From assembly GCF_964355755.1 (NCBI RefSeq), contig NC_092678.1, positions 21,159,365-21,223,364 on the forward strand: DNA of 64,000 nt, read 5' to 3'. The notes beneath the pieces were generated by a model, which saw only the letters and a list, made by a program, of their open reading frames with translations, was not told where the DNA came from and searched no databases. A program made the translations under genes and the position numbers. The stretch is from Antedon mediterranea (lineage: Eukaryota; Animalia; Echinodermata). The first letter of the stretch is position 1. The number at the start of each line of letters is the position of its first letter. Shown in pieces: positions 28,331 through 42,400 of the stretch.

Positions 28331-31300
28331 TTGCGAACAATCTCTATGGAATGACGTATTAGTTTTTTTTTTATGGAAACGAAGGTGGACATCGACAACA
28401 CATTCCCAATTACGGAAAGAAAAACACGAGTTACACGGAAACGTAAACAGTACAGAGACAAAGACGAAAACGGGGAGAGACAAGAAGCACGGTGCGAGCA
28501 GAACAATGTGCATGTTTTTTAGCGGAATTCAGGTGAGTCATCAACATTCCAGAGTGACGTGATATCCAATCACGGTGTGGGTTAATTTGCATATCCAGCA
28601 GATCGACGCGTAAGCGTGTATACGCACACGCTCGTCATTCGTCGTCGACTAAGCAGCGGAGGAGGGTGTGAATGGATAGTGGCTTAAAGCGGGTACGTAC
28701 TTACTTATTATTACATCATTTAGGCCTATTATTATGTTTATTTTTTAATTAAAATCTATAGTTATGTTTATTCTATTCATTATAGGCTTCATTAAAGAAC
28801 AAACATTAGCTTAAATTGCACATTTTGGGGATATTTTCCCGTTACAAAACATTGACCACCACGGTGCACTTGGCATGTTTAAAGATGGCGGTACCACCGA
28901 GTTGTATCTTGGCTCGTCGGTGCTGTTGAATTCCGACGACGCGGGAGTAGTTTTTACGTCCCGACGAGACGATTCGTCTGGTCTGGCCTTTCGTCGTACG
29001 ACGCTGATTGTGTTGGCCTTTAGTTGCCGTGCCTATGTTGTCCAACTTAATTTTGTAGTCTTTACTACTCATTATGTGCTCGGTTTATATACTCAAATAA
29101 ATTAATATAGCCTATACAGATTTTAAGATATTTTGTCTTCTATTAACTTAATGCAATGATAATTATACATAACATGAAGTTAAAATTATGAATAATAGAA
29201 ATTACGGCCGCCGTTTATTTAGTAAAGATCGCACTGATTTTTTAACCGATGTGATTTGCTTTACTTTTTTAATCCAATATTAATAACTTTTGTACTATTT
29301 AATTTCAATTATAGGCCTAGTTCTTTAAAATCATCACATTTTTTATGTTTTTATATAGGTCGTACTCATCTAACGGTTGATATTGACCGTGTTTTATAAA
29401 TAAAAACTCAAAATTCAAAACGACAAACTGAAGTCGCTTGACATTTACGCCTTGTTTAGTATCCTCCAGAAGAAGATGATAGAGGGAACGGACGAAGGAT
29501 AGAAGGTCGGGGACAGACGTTCGATCACTGATGAGACAACAAAAAATAGTAAGACTTAACCCCTGGAACCATTAAATCTAACATGTGTTTACCAATATGT
29601 GTGATGTAATAATATTTATATTATGCATATAACACATGGTATGTTTCAATGGTTCTTTGTTTTTCAGATGGACTAATACATTTAGTTTAAGGACATTGTA
29701 TTTCAGTGGAGTGAGCTGGTTCCTGATTCCCCCATACCTCTCAAAACGCATAATATACATGTAATACTTTTGGTATTATGATGATATATTATGTTGTGTG
29801 TGTTGTATCATGCGTTATAAAATGTATTCTATGCTTTGCATAAATGTCATGTTATAGTTTGTTGGTGTTCCGCAAACTTGGATTTGGTATATTATGTGGT
29901 TTTTTTTACAGGACTTCAGTTTATATATTTGTATTTTCAAAATTATATATGTATTTGTAATATAAATGTTGCATGTATCACCGATATAGGCCTATAACTA
30001 TAGAGGCGATATGTGTATTGCAATTTTTCTTTTTTATGTCTACTAATACACAGCAAAAGAGGATAACAACGTCTGGAGAACAACGGCTGGATAACTTAGT
30101 CGTACAATCATCATTCATACAACCTTATATACATTATTGCTAGACAGTAGACAATAAGTTACTTACGTTAAAACATCTTTACAACATTAAAAGAAATCCA
30201 ATTGTATTAATCAAAAGTATTACATTAATCATATTGTATAAAAGTGTAATTTAAGTATGTGAAATAAAGTTTTAAAAAACGTGTCAATATAATTATTTAA
30301 AAGCGTCTTTAACCCACTTCTAATTATGTTTGTGCATGATACAACACGCCGGCGTATAATATCCCTATAATGTTGTACGCTGGCTTCCATGTCTATCCAC
30401 AGTGGAAGGTAGGTACTAACGCAGCAAGACTTCCTTAACACATTGGATTGTAACTTAGTTGTTAGGCTAGGCTTGTGACTTATCCCAAAACTACACTCGT
30501 GAATTTTTTTTTCTCTTCCGTGAATTGTTGGTAGCAGGCGCTTCTGACAATCTCGGAAGAGTTTTTTTTTTTGTGGCATCATAATGTCTTGAGAGACATC
30601 TGACGTGTAAATTAATGCTTTATCTATCTTTAGTGGCTTCTCACGCCAGCTTACTTCGCATGGCTGTCACTAATGTAAAATAATATTTCTGTCGAGTATG
30701 GTTATTCATAGCAGTTGTATAGGGCAGCTACTTGGGTAACTGTATTTGATATAAACTTAAAGATTGAAAGAAAATGTAAAAGTTTAAAATATAAATTAAA
30801 AAACAGAATGTTGAACAAGATTTACCGTGAATTCTTTATAGGGAGTCTTTACGTGTATGTCCTCTATTCGACATTTAAATTCAAAATAAAAAAGTAAATT
30901 AGATAAATTAAATAAGTAGACACAACACAATAAATGCAAAACATAAAACGCATTCGACAACATAGACATAAAACGTGCTCATTTTAATATTTTTATTGTA
31001 TTAACAAAATTTGTTTTATTTCAGCGTCTTGGGGGAGGGAACACTCCACTAAAAGTAGTTTAAGTTTCTGTTTGTAAACTGTCTCGTCTATGGCGAGCAG
31101 TAAGCGCATTCTGTAAACATGTTTTATTTTTCAGGTTAGGGTCATTTTGTAAACTGTCCTCTCCATGTGAATGGAAGGCGGTATTAGAAACTACTCTAGT
31201 AAATTCCTTAACTGTAACAATTTTATCCGGCCTATAGGCCAAGATAGCTAGCTATTTTCTAGTTTCTTTCAGGCTGTCTTTGGTTTGGTATAGTGGTCGT

Positions 31301-32720
31301 AGTGGTTGTGCGTAGACATTTCGATTTCGAACAGTCCAATTCGATTTATGATAAAGATAAGTAAAAAACTTCTTTTTTTCAAAAGTCAATTGAGTGGTAC
31401 CCCTACCCTCTATCCCATCCGAACCATTAAATGTAATCCCAAACAAATTAGTTTAAACATCATTGTGCAATGTTTATTCATTTAAGACGGGAATTTTTTA
31501 ATATCGGTACTTTGTTATCTAATAATTATATATTTTAAATAGTTACAAAACACATTTATAATTTGTTCAAAATGGTAATTTGAATTGCAGTTGACTTCTG
31601 ATACCTTAAATGTTTTTTTAAACATTAACTTTCATGACGTGTGCTGTTACGTGTGACATGTGTGCGCATGTTGTCCGTCTGGCGTTTTTGGCGCGTTGGC
31701 GTTTGAGTGTATTTTTAGATAGCATCATATCATATCATTGTCCTTGTAAAATTGTCTTTCTTTTTTAAAGCAGAGCCTCGTTCAGAGCCGAGCCTTGCCG
31801 AAGTATGCCGAGGATATATGTTCTTACATGTTTTAACATTAACCTTAAAAAAAACACGAAAGGCTACAGAAGTCAACAAAAATTCAAAAACTACGAAAAC
31901 AAATTCACCTTTGCAGTTGCGTAAAATACCACGGGTCTAATAATAATGTGGGCACTACCTCTGGCAAAATTAATATCCACAAATTTTACTTTGATTAAAT
32001 TTATTGTACGCGTATTTAGCGGGAAACTTCACATCCTCCAATTCTGTTGCAAATACGACTATTTTTTTAAAGTTTTCAATGTTGTTGATTTTAATCGATG
32101 TTTTTGTTTTCTTAATTCCCAGACCAGGAAAATTGAGCCTAAATTTTGCATTCTCAAGATCATGTCAGACGGTAATGGTTGGTGGTTAGACTGGCACAGG
32201 TGTGGAGATAATTCTGTGAGTTCCTTTTCTGTACAATAAAGGCAGTGAGGGCCGATGATTACAACGTTTACGTATATTTTGTAATGTGTTTATTCATTTC
32301 TCTTTATACATTTCACTTCTCTTAATCGCAGTAAAACATTGTCTTTGTTACAGAAATGGTGGTGCATCTGGACAAAGAGCTCAGAACCGATGTATACTGC
32401 TGGTTGTTACCAAGAAGTTCGTCAGAAGCATTGTGGTTGATGGTTCTTCTGGAGGTAAAAGAAGTTTATAGCTGTAATGCATAAAGTTTCACTGTACAAG
32501 AACAGTCAAACCATTATCTGTTTTCTTTCTTGCAGGAACTGCGTTGCATCTGGACAAGGAACTCATAGCCTGCTGGTTGTTACCAAGAAGCTTGTCTGAA
32601 GCCTGTGGTCGATGGTGTTTGTGGATTCTTTAGAGGAGGTAATGAATTAGGAATCAACTTATTGGTGCTAACTGATACCTCTTAATGCTATGGTTTATAC
32701 AAACACTTTTGTCAGTATAA

Positions 32721-33120
32721 AGGCCCATTCACACTAGGACGATAACGATCGACGATAAATATATAAGCATGCATTTTTTTAACATAAAACAAAAGAAATT
32801 AGAAAGGGTTTCGTTCTAGGACTATAGGATAATCATTTATGCTGTCTTTGATAAAAATAATATTTTTAAAATTCCAATCAAATGACGTCATGATACATAA
32901 AAACAATAAAATCGTTGTATTGTCACGCTATTATTGCTCTTACTAATCATGACATCATTTGATTGGACGTGTGAAAATATAATTTTCATCAAAGGAAGCA
33001 TAGATGGTTATTCTATAGTTCTAGAATGAAAAGGTTTTATATTTCTTTTATTTTATGTATGAAAAATGCAAATCATTGTCTATTATCGTCGATCGTTATC
33101 GTCCTAGTGTGAATGGGCCT
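32721..33120. mobile_element. 400-bp palindromic Harbinger-type MITE with TAA TSD
   Basis: 38-bp TIR aggcccattcacactaggacgataacgatcgacgataa; TAA on both sides; arms remain partly complementary inward. Confidence 0.85.
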
Positions 33121-34037
33121 TAATACGATGTTTTTCTTTTTAAATGTGTATATTTGTCTTTTCAAAGACTATTGGAGAAGATGCATAAACCAACTTCGAG
33201 TGGATTCTCAACATTGATGCAAACTGATAGAAGGTGATATACTCTATGTTATAATATATCATTTATATTTAAGTTTTGCTCCTAATTTCATATAAGATAT
33301 ACTACTCATTGGCGACGAATTTTGCTTGGGCCTTACCTGCGTCAAATATGAAAAAGCGCTCAACGGCTGATAACTGATGGTAGTGATGCGTAGTATGATA
33401 TATAATATTTAGAAGAATTTGTAGCATTATTTTTATTATTTTCAGTCATGTCATTGATGGTAGAAGCTGTGATGGATCAGGGCGATGTAAAAACATCTCC
33501 CCGATTGGTGGCTGATTAAAAGGTGGTTAACATTTTTTTATATTTTTTATTCCTTGATTCTCCTTTTTTTCTTGAACTCCTCTTCTGTGTAATCCGTTCG
33601 ATATTTCTATTTTCAGTATGTTATGCTTTATTAGTTAATTTTAAGTCAATTTTAAGTCCTATGGTGACGCAAATTCTATATAATGATGACGAGAATAGTA
33701 TAATTATGATGCGAATATCCTATAATGACGCGAATTCTAGGACTATGGCACATAATACTAGGCCTAAATAAAAATTTAAAAAACTTAATTAAGACAAAAA
33801 TTAAATCTATCGCATATATCTGTATGATATAAATGCCATTTAAAATAAATTAAAACCGTGAAAAACTTTAATTAAACAAGAAACATAATGTTTCTAAAAA
33901 AGTTGAAATGTCTCAGCGTTTCGGTGGTTAGACTTCAACCTTCTCGAGATCGACTTCACACCTCCCTCCATCAAAAAAAAAAAATCTTAGGCCTATACAA
34001 ATCAAATACAAATATCCATAACATGTCATGTAACACT

Positions 34038-34251
34038 GTGTAATCGGTATTATTGGTTTAGTTATAAAACTAGTTCCCTTAGCCTAGGGTAGTTAAGTTC
34101 GTACGGGTTTAAGTTGTTAAGGTGGTTAAGGTAGTTAGGCCTAGTTAAGGTAGTTAGGCCTAGTTAAGATAGTTAGGCCTAGTTAAGATACAGAGTAAAA
34201 GGTAGGCATTATCAAAAACTTAAGTTATAATTAGAATGATACCGATTACAC
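34038..34251. mobile_element. Small TIR element with internal gttaggcctagttaag repeats
   Basis: gtgtaatcggtattatt ... aatgataccgattacac. Confidence 0.5.
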
Positions 34252-36434
34252 TTTCATTAACTAATCATCATATTTGTCATACCATTCAAAAATCACTCGC
34301 AATTTCACATTCGGGTTAAAAAAAAGTTGTTTAATAGGTATATCGGTTTAAAAAAAAACCAATATCGATCGCGAGCATAAAAACGTTATAAATTAATGAC
34401 TCTTTCGTTTGAAATATATGAATCGATTCGGGTACTAAAAATAAAACCATGTAAACATAATAATTACTGTTTCTCGTATCGTTAAAATAATTCTTTTTTT
34501 TTAGGACAAAAAATAATTATAGTTAACTAATAGAGCATAACATACTTGTGTCCGTTAAATGTTCAGGGTCATATGGGTACGAAGCGTCTCGGAAAAAATT
34601 ACTATGAAAACCAATCTTTAAGGCGAGTTTTGACAGTGTTTAGCCTCTCTACCCAGCAAGCCAACCCACACCTTCTCGTGGTTGATCCTGGTTAACCAAA
34701 GTGTATTGCTTTGGAACAGACGTGGGCAATGGCACTTATTGTTCATGTTGTGTAATTCTAATGCAGTGAATATTGTCTAAATACTTTTCTTTTTCTTTTT
34801 CAAATGTTCCCGATTTAATGGCCGAGTTGAACATCTTCCTGATGATAATAGCACCAAGACAAGATATCCATTCATTCTCGCATCACTTTAAAGTTTGAAC
34901 ATTTGAAAATGTTGTTGTATTATCAGAACTCTATACCGGTAATGTAGTACATTGTCAGGGAAAAGTGAAACCGTTTTATGCTTATTTGAATGTGACGTTT
35001 CACCGCAAATGTTATATCACGAATTATTAAAAACAATCGAACTTGAAGAGGGACTAATTAGCCTAACTATCAGCAAAGATTCAATGCCAGAATAATTGTA
35101 TTAAAAGTGTTGAAATATGTGCTGATATAGACCTTCATAACTAAGCAGTAAATTGATGACATTTGAAAGAAAAAACTTAATCGCTATCTTTTAAAGATTT
35201 GTTCAAGTACTTAGAGATATTCAAGATCCAATCAATTTGATTGGTCCGCTTCTTTTTATTCAGGTTTGCTTGCCATAGAAAAATACTTCAGTTGTAAAAT
35301 TGTTAAAATATTTAATTAATAGAATGTTATCTATTGAAAATGGATTGATTAAAACAACTTGGAATAATAATAATAATGTAATACATTTCATTCCTAACGA
35401 TTGAAGTAATTGCATCACATTTTATTTAATTCATCTTTAAAGAAGGTGCCGTAACACAGCCACAGATAAAGCCTTTTGAAAATCTGCGTAGATAAATTCT
35501 AAGTTTCTTTAGGTATAAAAAAGTAATTGCAAGTAATTCATATATAATTTTGTTTGTAAATTTAAACAGCATAATTCTAATACGGAAGCAAAAGAGAAAT
35601 TGGGATGGCATAGTTAAGGTAGTCAATGTTTAGACGGTTAGTAAAAATATTCTGTCACACATGGCGTTTCATATGTATTACGCATGGTATTACGCAACGA
35701 AATGTTATGGAAAATTTAATGGGTTTTTCCCAGGAAATTATAAGCCTGTGTAATTTGTTTTTCTAATCCTGATCATAGATGTTTACGTCTTTGTTCTTTT
35801 AAAAATAAATACTACTGTATACGTGTTTGAATATTATTTGAATGTTAATCTTTGATTGATGTTTTATTTATACCTCGCAATAAAAATGTTACCTTGTCAT
35901 TTTTCTTGTATGGTTATTGTAACTTATTTTGAACATTTGTTAAGCAAAAATATAAACGTAATATTCATGTCACCGGCATATAAGCTTAAGTTTTATTATT
36001 TTTTAATCCTATGAGGTTAAGAAAGGAAAGAAGGAGGTTCATTTGTTTATATTTAAAAAAAGAATATGGAATATTTTATCGTAATATATAAAGCAGAATA
36101 TTTGTGTTGGCTCTTTCTTTCAAGTTCACTCTAAATATATAGATTGATAAATACTTGCCTGATTTTCTGTGTTCCTATCTCCACATACAATATACCAGTG
36201 GCTACATAGGAATGTCTAGTTATAGGGCATAGCGCTCATTTTTTATCGAATCTAATTTCAACACGTAGATTTGTAGTATAAAATATTCCTATGATGCTGG
36301 AGATAGTGTAGTGGATAAGTAACCACAAACGTGGAAATGCAAAAATAAATTTTATTAATAATTATCAAAATAAAACTATTAAAAAAACCTTACCTAGCCG
36401 GTATGATGCTACGGTGTGTATGTTTCTCCCAGTT

Positions 36435-36551
36435 GTCAGGATGGCCGAGCGGTCTAAGGCGCCAGACTCAAGGCTAACCTTACCAAACACTTGGTAATCA
36501 GGGTATTCTGGTCTCCGAATGGAGGCGTGGGTTCGAATCCCACTTCTGACA
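36435..36551 (+). tRNA. tRNA-Leu-CAA: tRNA-Leu(CAA) with 33-nt intron (36473-36505)
   Basis: GTCAGGATGGCCGAGCGGTCTAAGGCGCCAGACT-CAA-G[intron]TTCTGGTCTCCGAATGGAGGCGTGGGTTCGAATCCCACTTCTGACA; A and B boxes, long variable arm, downstream T-run terminator. Confidence 0.97.
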
Positions 36552-37269
36552 GATCTTTTTTATTTTATGTTTTAAAAATATTAAAGTTACGTTCTTTTTA
36601 CAAATATGTATATTATTTTAAGCGTCCTAAATTGAATTTTTTTTCACGCTACTGCTCTAGCCCGCTACGTCCCATATTAGGACTACTCAATCAGAAGCTA
36701 AAGCAGCAGTTATAGGACGACAGTTTTGCGAAAATGGAAACTCCACTATAATTTATTGATTCCAGCTGCTACAGTAGACCCAAAAAACTTCTGCGAAAAG
36801 AGTCTGTTAGGACATGTCATGCTAAAATTAATTAAAATCCCAAAGCATTTCTGGTATATTCACTTTCAGATATTCATTGAATTATTATCGAAACAGTCCA
36901 TTCAAGTTTGTGTTTGTAATATAGGATACTTCACACTAGAAATATCTGGGGTGATGAATTGAGCCCCAGACTTGACCTTAGCAATAACATTAACTAAAGT
37001 GACAGAAATTGAGTATTCACTTCTGTAACAAAAAAATAATATTTATTCGGATATAAAAAGAGAAAAGAAACCCAAAAACCATTGTCTGACAGACAATTTC
37101 AGTATTTGTTGCTTTAAATTACATTTTTTCAGGTAAAATAAATTATGTGACAATAAAATGACACATTCAAAAACATTTGAAATAAAAAATATTTTTCAAT
37201 AAGCGAGCAGCGTTTTTTGTAAGAAATATTTCTTGTTTATTTTTAAAACGTAAAATAAAAAAAAAGGTG

Positions 37270-37386
37270 TGTCAGAAGTGGGATTCGAACCCACGCCTCC
37301 ATTCGGAGACCAGAATACCCTGTTTACCAAGTGCTTGGTAAGGTTAACCTTGAGTCTGGCGCCTTAGACCGCTCGGCCATCCTGAC
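37270..37386 (-). tRNA. tRNA-Leu-CAA: tRNA-Leu(CAA) with 33-nt intron, inverted copy
   Basis: Reverse complement has exons identical to the 36435 copy; intron differs at 3 positions; the A-run ending at 37265 is the oligo-T terminator on minus. Confidence 0.97.
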
Positions 37387-37769
37387 ATCTGGTAGAATAA
37401 TACACAACGTAGCATCATATTGGCTAGTTGGTTGAACTATAAGTTTTTAAAATCCTTTTTTTATTTGGATAATATTTATTAGATTATTAAAAACGGAACG
37501 TGTCTTAAAAATGAATCATGCACATTTTCTGATATTTATTGACGGTATCGAGCGGCGGGGGAGAGTGAGGCGATCTTTTTATAAATTCTAAAGAATTGTT
37601 ACATTTGAATAATTTCTATTCTTATAACAAATTTTAATTCTAAATATAGAAATATTTAAAAAATATAGTACTAAAATATATATTTTATTGTTTATTATAA
37701 ATAAATTCATTTGATAAATACAACTTTTAAATACTGTATATATTCAAAATACTTTTTTTCTAGGCCTAT

Positions 37770-37847
37770 ATCAAACAAAGATGTCTGCCGCCGCGTTGTA
37801 ACAAAGAGGCAACAATAATGAATGAAAACCAGATATTTTCCTAACTT
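37770..37847 (+). other. Probable non-coding first exon / promoter region of PUS7
   Basis: CpG-containing aagatgtctgccgccgcg near a likely TSS; GTaagg donor at 37848; only short uORFs. The 5' boundary is approximate. Confidence 0.4.
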
Positions 37848-39285
37848 GTAAGGGTACTAGCTTTGTTTGTTATAGATATAAAATACAAATTGATAATGAT
37901 AAATTTTAGGCTAATGTTTGTTGCTAGTGTGTGTAAATATTTGTGATAATTTCGGCTTACCCTTATGCAGAAGATCAAGAAGAGGATGGTGTCAGAACTT
38001 ACTTATAGCCGTGTGTAGCAAGGGTTATGAGGGTTGTCTATCTCGTGGTCGTTTCGCCCTTATAATGTTTGTATACAAAAGGCATGTTGTATTGTTCTGT
38101 AAAATTAGGCATTGTTTTAGAAATTCAGAAACTGGGAGTGCTAGTACACGCCGGTATGCACTTCAATCAATCCATTTTATATCTTTGTTTAACTTCTTTT
38201 TTATAGATTGGTTGTCAATTAAAAATTATGATATAAAAAAATAATAAAAATATAAACAAAAATAATTACTAGTCACTAGCTAGTCCTATCAAAATAATAT
38301 ATACAAATATAAATACTGTATTTAATGCAGTATTAATTAATTGCAAATTGACACCAGGACAAGACTAGGCAGGCAGATCGATTATAGAAAAATAAAATCT
38401 AAAAAAAAAAAAATATGAACTACTTATTGACATCTATTTTTGACAAACTGACAGATATTTTAGCACTACCCCCCACCCGCCTTTTTTTGTTGTTGAAAAC
38501 CCCTTGATCCGCCCTCTTCTCTGCTTTTGCCAACTATCAAATTTTGAAATCAGGGGCCAATTCCAGTTAAGACTACGATAACTCATGATAAATTATCGTT
38601 GGCTAAATTTGCTGGTATACGTACAATACAACCACTAAAATCTTATACTGGTACTCATAATATAAAATAATGTCATCTGCTCCAGTCTTAATATCCTACC
38701 GATTCTTTAAAAGGTTTTCTTAAACAAGCAACAGAAGGATAGACTGTGTAATAACAGTGAACTTTTGTTGGTGTATTAATAGACCTATTAATTGTTGCAC
38801 TGTGTAAAGATAATGGTAGGAATATGAATAAAGTTATCTGTAAAATAGTAGCGAATTGTAATAATCGAGATATTCCTCGTAAGATAAGGTAATGGCGTGA
38901 TTATTGACATGTAAAAGGACAACGTAAAATTATTGGATTTGATTGGTTGACCCGTGATGCAGATTAGAGCAAATGCTTCACTTAGTGTCAAACAAGAAAC
39001 CCTTGATAATTCAGGGCCGTAGCCATCACTACGGTTGGTAAGGTTTCAACCTGACCACTTTTTCACAGAGGCCTTTGATAACCCAGTTGCTTGAATTGAA
39101 CAGTGATTGTGAAAACCGCACCATTTTATTTCTTTTGACTACATCACTGTAATTAGCCTGAACATAAAGGACTTAGCACTCTGAAGCAGTATGGGTTTCT
39201 CACATATTCTCAAGCAATGCTTTCAACTTCTGTAATTACTAACTGTTTGAAATTGTTTTCCCATTTTTCAGATTGCTAAAACAAA

Positions 39286-39439
39286 ATGGAAGAGAATCCA
39301 AGCTTGAAACGTGATGGTGGTGATGAGGATGAACTTGAAACGTGCTCGAAAAAACCGAGATTTCAAAGCGATGATTCCAATTCAGACTCTGGACCGATCG
39401 AGAAATTCCAAGATTCTGATGTTGTTACTATCAAAGAAG
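39286..39439 (+). CDS. PUS7: PUS7 first coding exon
   Basis: Acceptor ends 39271, aaaATGG start, GTatgt donor; contains KR...KKPR, an NLS-like motif. Confidence 0.8.
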
Positions 39440-42400
39440 GTATGTTTGCTTTGCCGTGCCATACATGCCTAAATGTAGAGGTGCATGTTCAAAAAGATGA
39501 ACATATTTTAATCAGTTGTCTTGAGTAAATAGTGATGTGCTTAATCCAGTGGCGGATCCAGGATTATGAAATAGGGTTTGAGGGGGGGGGGGGGGGGGGG
39601 CGGCGGCCAGGGTTTAACAGTAGTGAAATGAAGTGCCAAACTTAATTTGATTTGATGTACTATCTATTGCAATACAATTTGTGAAATTTAGAGGCCAGGA
39701 CTCCTTGAATCCGCCCCTGTATTCAATAGTTATTGTTTTTTTTTAATAGAAGCATTGAGTGCTGAAGAAAACAATGATGGGGATGGGGGGCTTGTTGGTC
39801 TACGAGAAGCTGATGTGGGCATCGTAGAATATGTAAATGAGGAAGACGGATTTCAGGGTGTGCTAAAGCAGAGGTATAAATATTGTCAACCATTATAAAG
39901 TGATAATTGTTTGTGTCCCCATAGTAGGGTTTGACTGTATTCTCAACATTCCTGCGATATTATTAGCAGGTATGCTAAACTGTTGACTGGAACATGAGTA
40001 AATCCATGTCCCATTAACATTACACTGTGGCTAAAGATTTGTCTACACTATCAAACTTTATGTGACAACAAAATATGATGTGCCCATATATGGACATGAT
40101 CATGTCATACCCCTATCATATTTGGGGATATCACTACCAAATTTGGGCATATCACACTTTTTTTGTCAAACTAGTTTGATAGTGTATACAGTGGTCTTAA
40201 ATTAATTGGTGTTTTAAATTTCTCTTTTGCAGATTTCAGGATTTTGTGGTAAATGAACAAAACAAGTCAGGAGAGGTTGTACGACTGTCCAACGTGGAAC
40301 CACCTGAAAATGATGTTGAAGTAAGCGTAACGTCCTGTTATCAGGAATAGTATGCCTATGTTTAAATAATCAGCCAACCCGCTAACTGAAAGCATCCCTT
40401 ACTTTGGATTGAAAACACTTTACTCCAAAGTACAACAAACCAACGCATGCGTTAAACTAATGATTAAATCTACTGTCATAGATGAGTAATTTCATGTGTT
40501 TACTAATTTGCATAATTAGTACTTTACATGCAGTTAATAAATAGTATATTTACCCAAACATCAAAAGCGGTATTTTCGTAGGCTGTCCATTGATTTATTA
40601 TTATTACTATCAACCTTAACCCAAATCAGTAAAGCCGAAGTATAGTCGTTATCTCGGAACCGTTCTATGGTTACCACCAGGTAGGCTTACTTCATCAAAG
40701 CTTCTATGAATGGATGTACTGGTTGGGAGCAGAAAAACTAGTAGACCATACCCAGTACCGTTTTGATTACGATCAATCAGGAAATTACCTCACGATATAT
40801 TTTTAACATTATTTTTATTATAATTTATGTTGTTATTAGACTCCTGTTTCATCTACAAGTCCAGTACTAAATTCAACGGACATCGATCGGTTAAGTGGAC
40901 TCATTGAATCCAACAACAGGTCTAGCTCTGTTAATATTATGGTGAGTATAAGTATAAGAACACTAGATAAAAACTTTAGTTTCCTGCTACTTTTGACGAT
41001 TTTTTATCATCTGGACGTGAGGGGGTGGGAGTGGGGTGCTTATATCTGCGTAGCACAATATAACTGATAAAAACGTGTGTCTATGAAATGTACACATTAT
41101 CTGTATTTACGGTATGTATAATCAGATCATAGTGGGTTATGGATCTTGAATGTGTAAATCTTAAAGTATAAACATAAAAATGTTAAGCTCTGTCTACACT
41201 ATCAAGCATTATGTGACAAAAAAATGTGATGTGCCCTTATATGGACATGATGATATCACTACCATATTTGGGCACATCACACTTTTTTGTCAAACTTATT
41301 TTATGTTTTGTTCCATAAGGATGAATGACCAGTATGTACATTTACAACTGCGAGGTGCCCTAATAAAATCAGTTACAAATGTTTTCAACTTTTATAGATA
41401 GTGTATTGTGATAGTGTACTGCGTTTACTGTATGTCTTAAAATTTAATAGTTGAAGATTAGATATTGGTAGTAGATATGTTTTAGAAATACAGCATTTTG
41501 GCGTATTGGTGGTTTGCTTGGTTGTCTTCCATTTCCAAAGTTCCTTGGTACAAATCCAGATACTTGCACATTTTTTTATTGCAAAAACAAATTCACACTG
41601 ATGGTAAATTAGTATACAGTAACTAGGGAACTGGAAATAGAATGTTAGGCACAGCATCAGCCTATCATTGCTGTCTTGCTAACCTAACATTAACATAATA
41701 CAGCCACCATATGTCATTATATATGACACTGTATTACAGAATTTGCCTATGATACTGGACAAATTATGTACCGTACAATTATCTATTGAGTCTGAAGGTT
41801 GTTTGATATCATTTGTAAACATTGTATTTACTCTAGAAAAAGGTTCAGTCTTCTGGTAAAATTATTTTTGTTAATTGGGATAATTCAAAAAGTCACAACA
41901 ATACACAGAATTCTTTAATTGAGACATTTAAAGAGTTTAAAAAAAGACTGGACCAATTTCCAAGAAAAGACCCATAAACGAATGAAGCAAAAAGAAGTGG
42001 TGGCTAAGAATTGTTGCTAGAGGAACAGATGAAGCGCTCAAAGATGTAGTGTATCAAGTTTTTAAAAAAATACCTAGCATCTACAAATTTCTATTTTTTC
42101 AGACACCTTTCACTCCTATGGTGCGAAACATCCGTCGCAGGGTTTGTGCACGCTGTCAGGCTCGCTTTACAAGTAAGTCGGCACTTAGACGCCACATGGC
42201 TGAGCAGCACGAGGGCCGTGTCCGTCTCGTTTGTCTGTTCTGCGACCGTGCATTCAGTAGAAAATACGACCTTAAAAGACATCTACAAGATAAACACACG
42301 GCCACCGAACAGATCACAGAGCTCTCCACAAGTATCTCATCAACGTCCACTTCCCCGGCAAAGAATAACCCACCGCCCTTACCGAATCCTCGGTTAGTTG

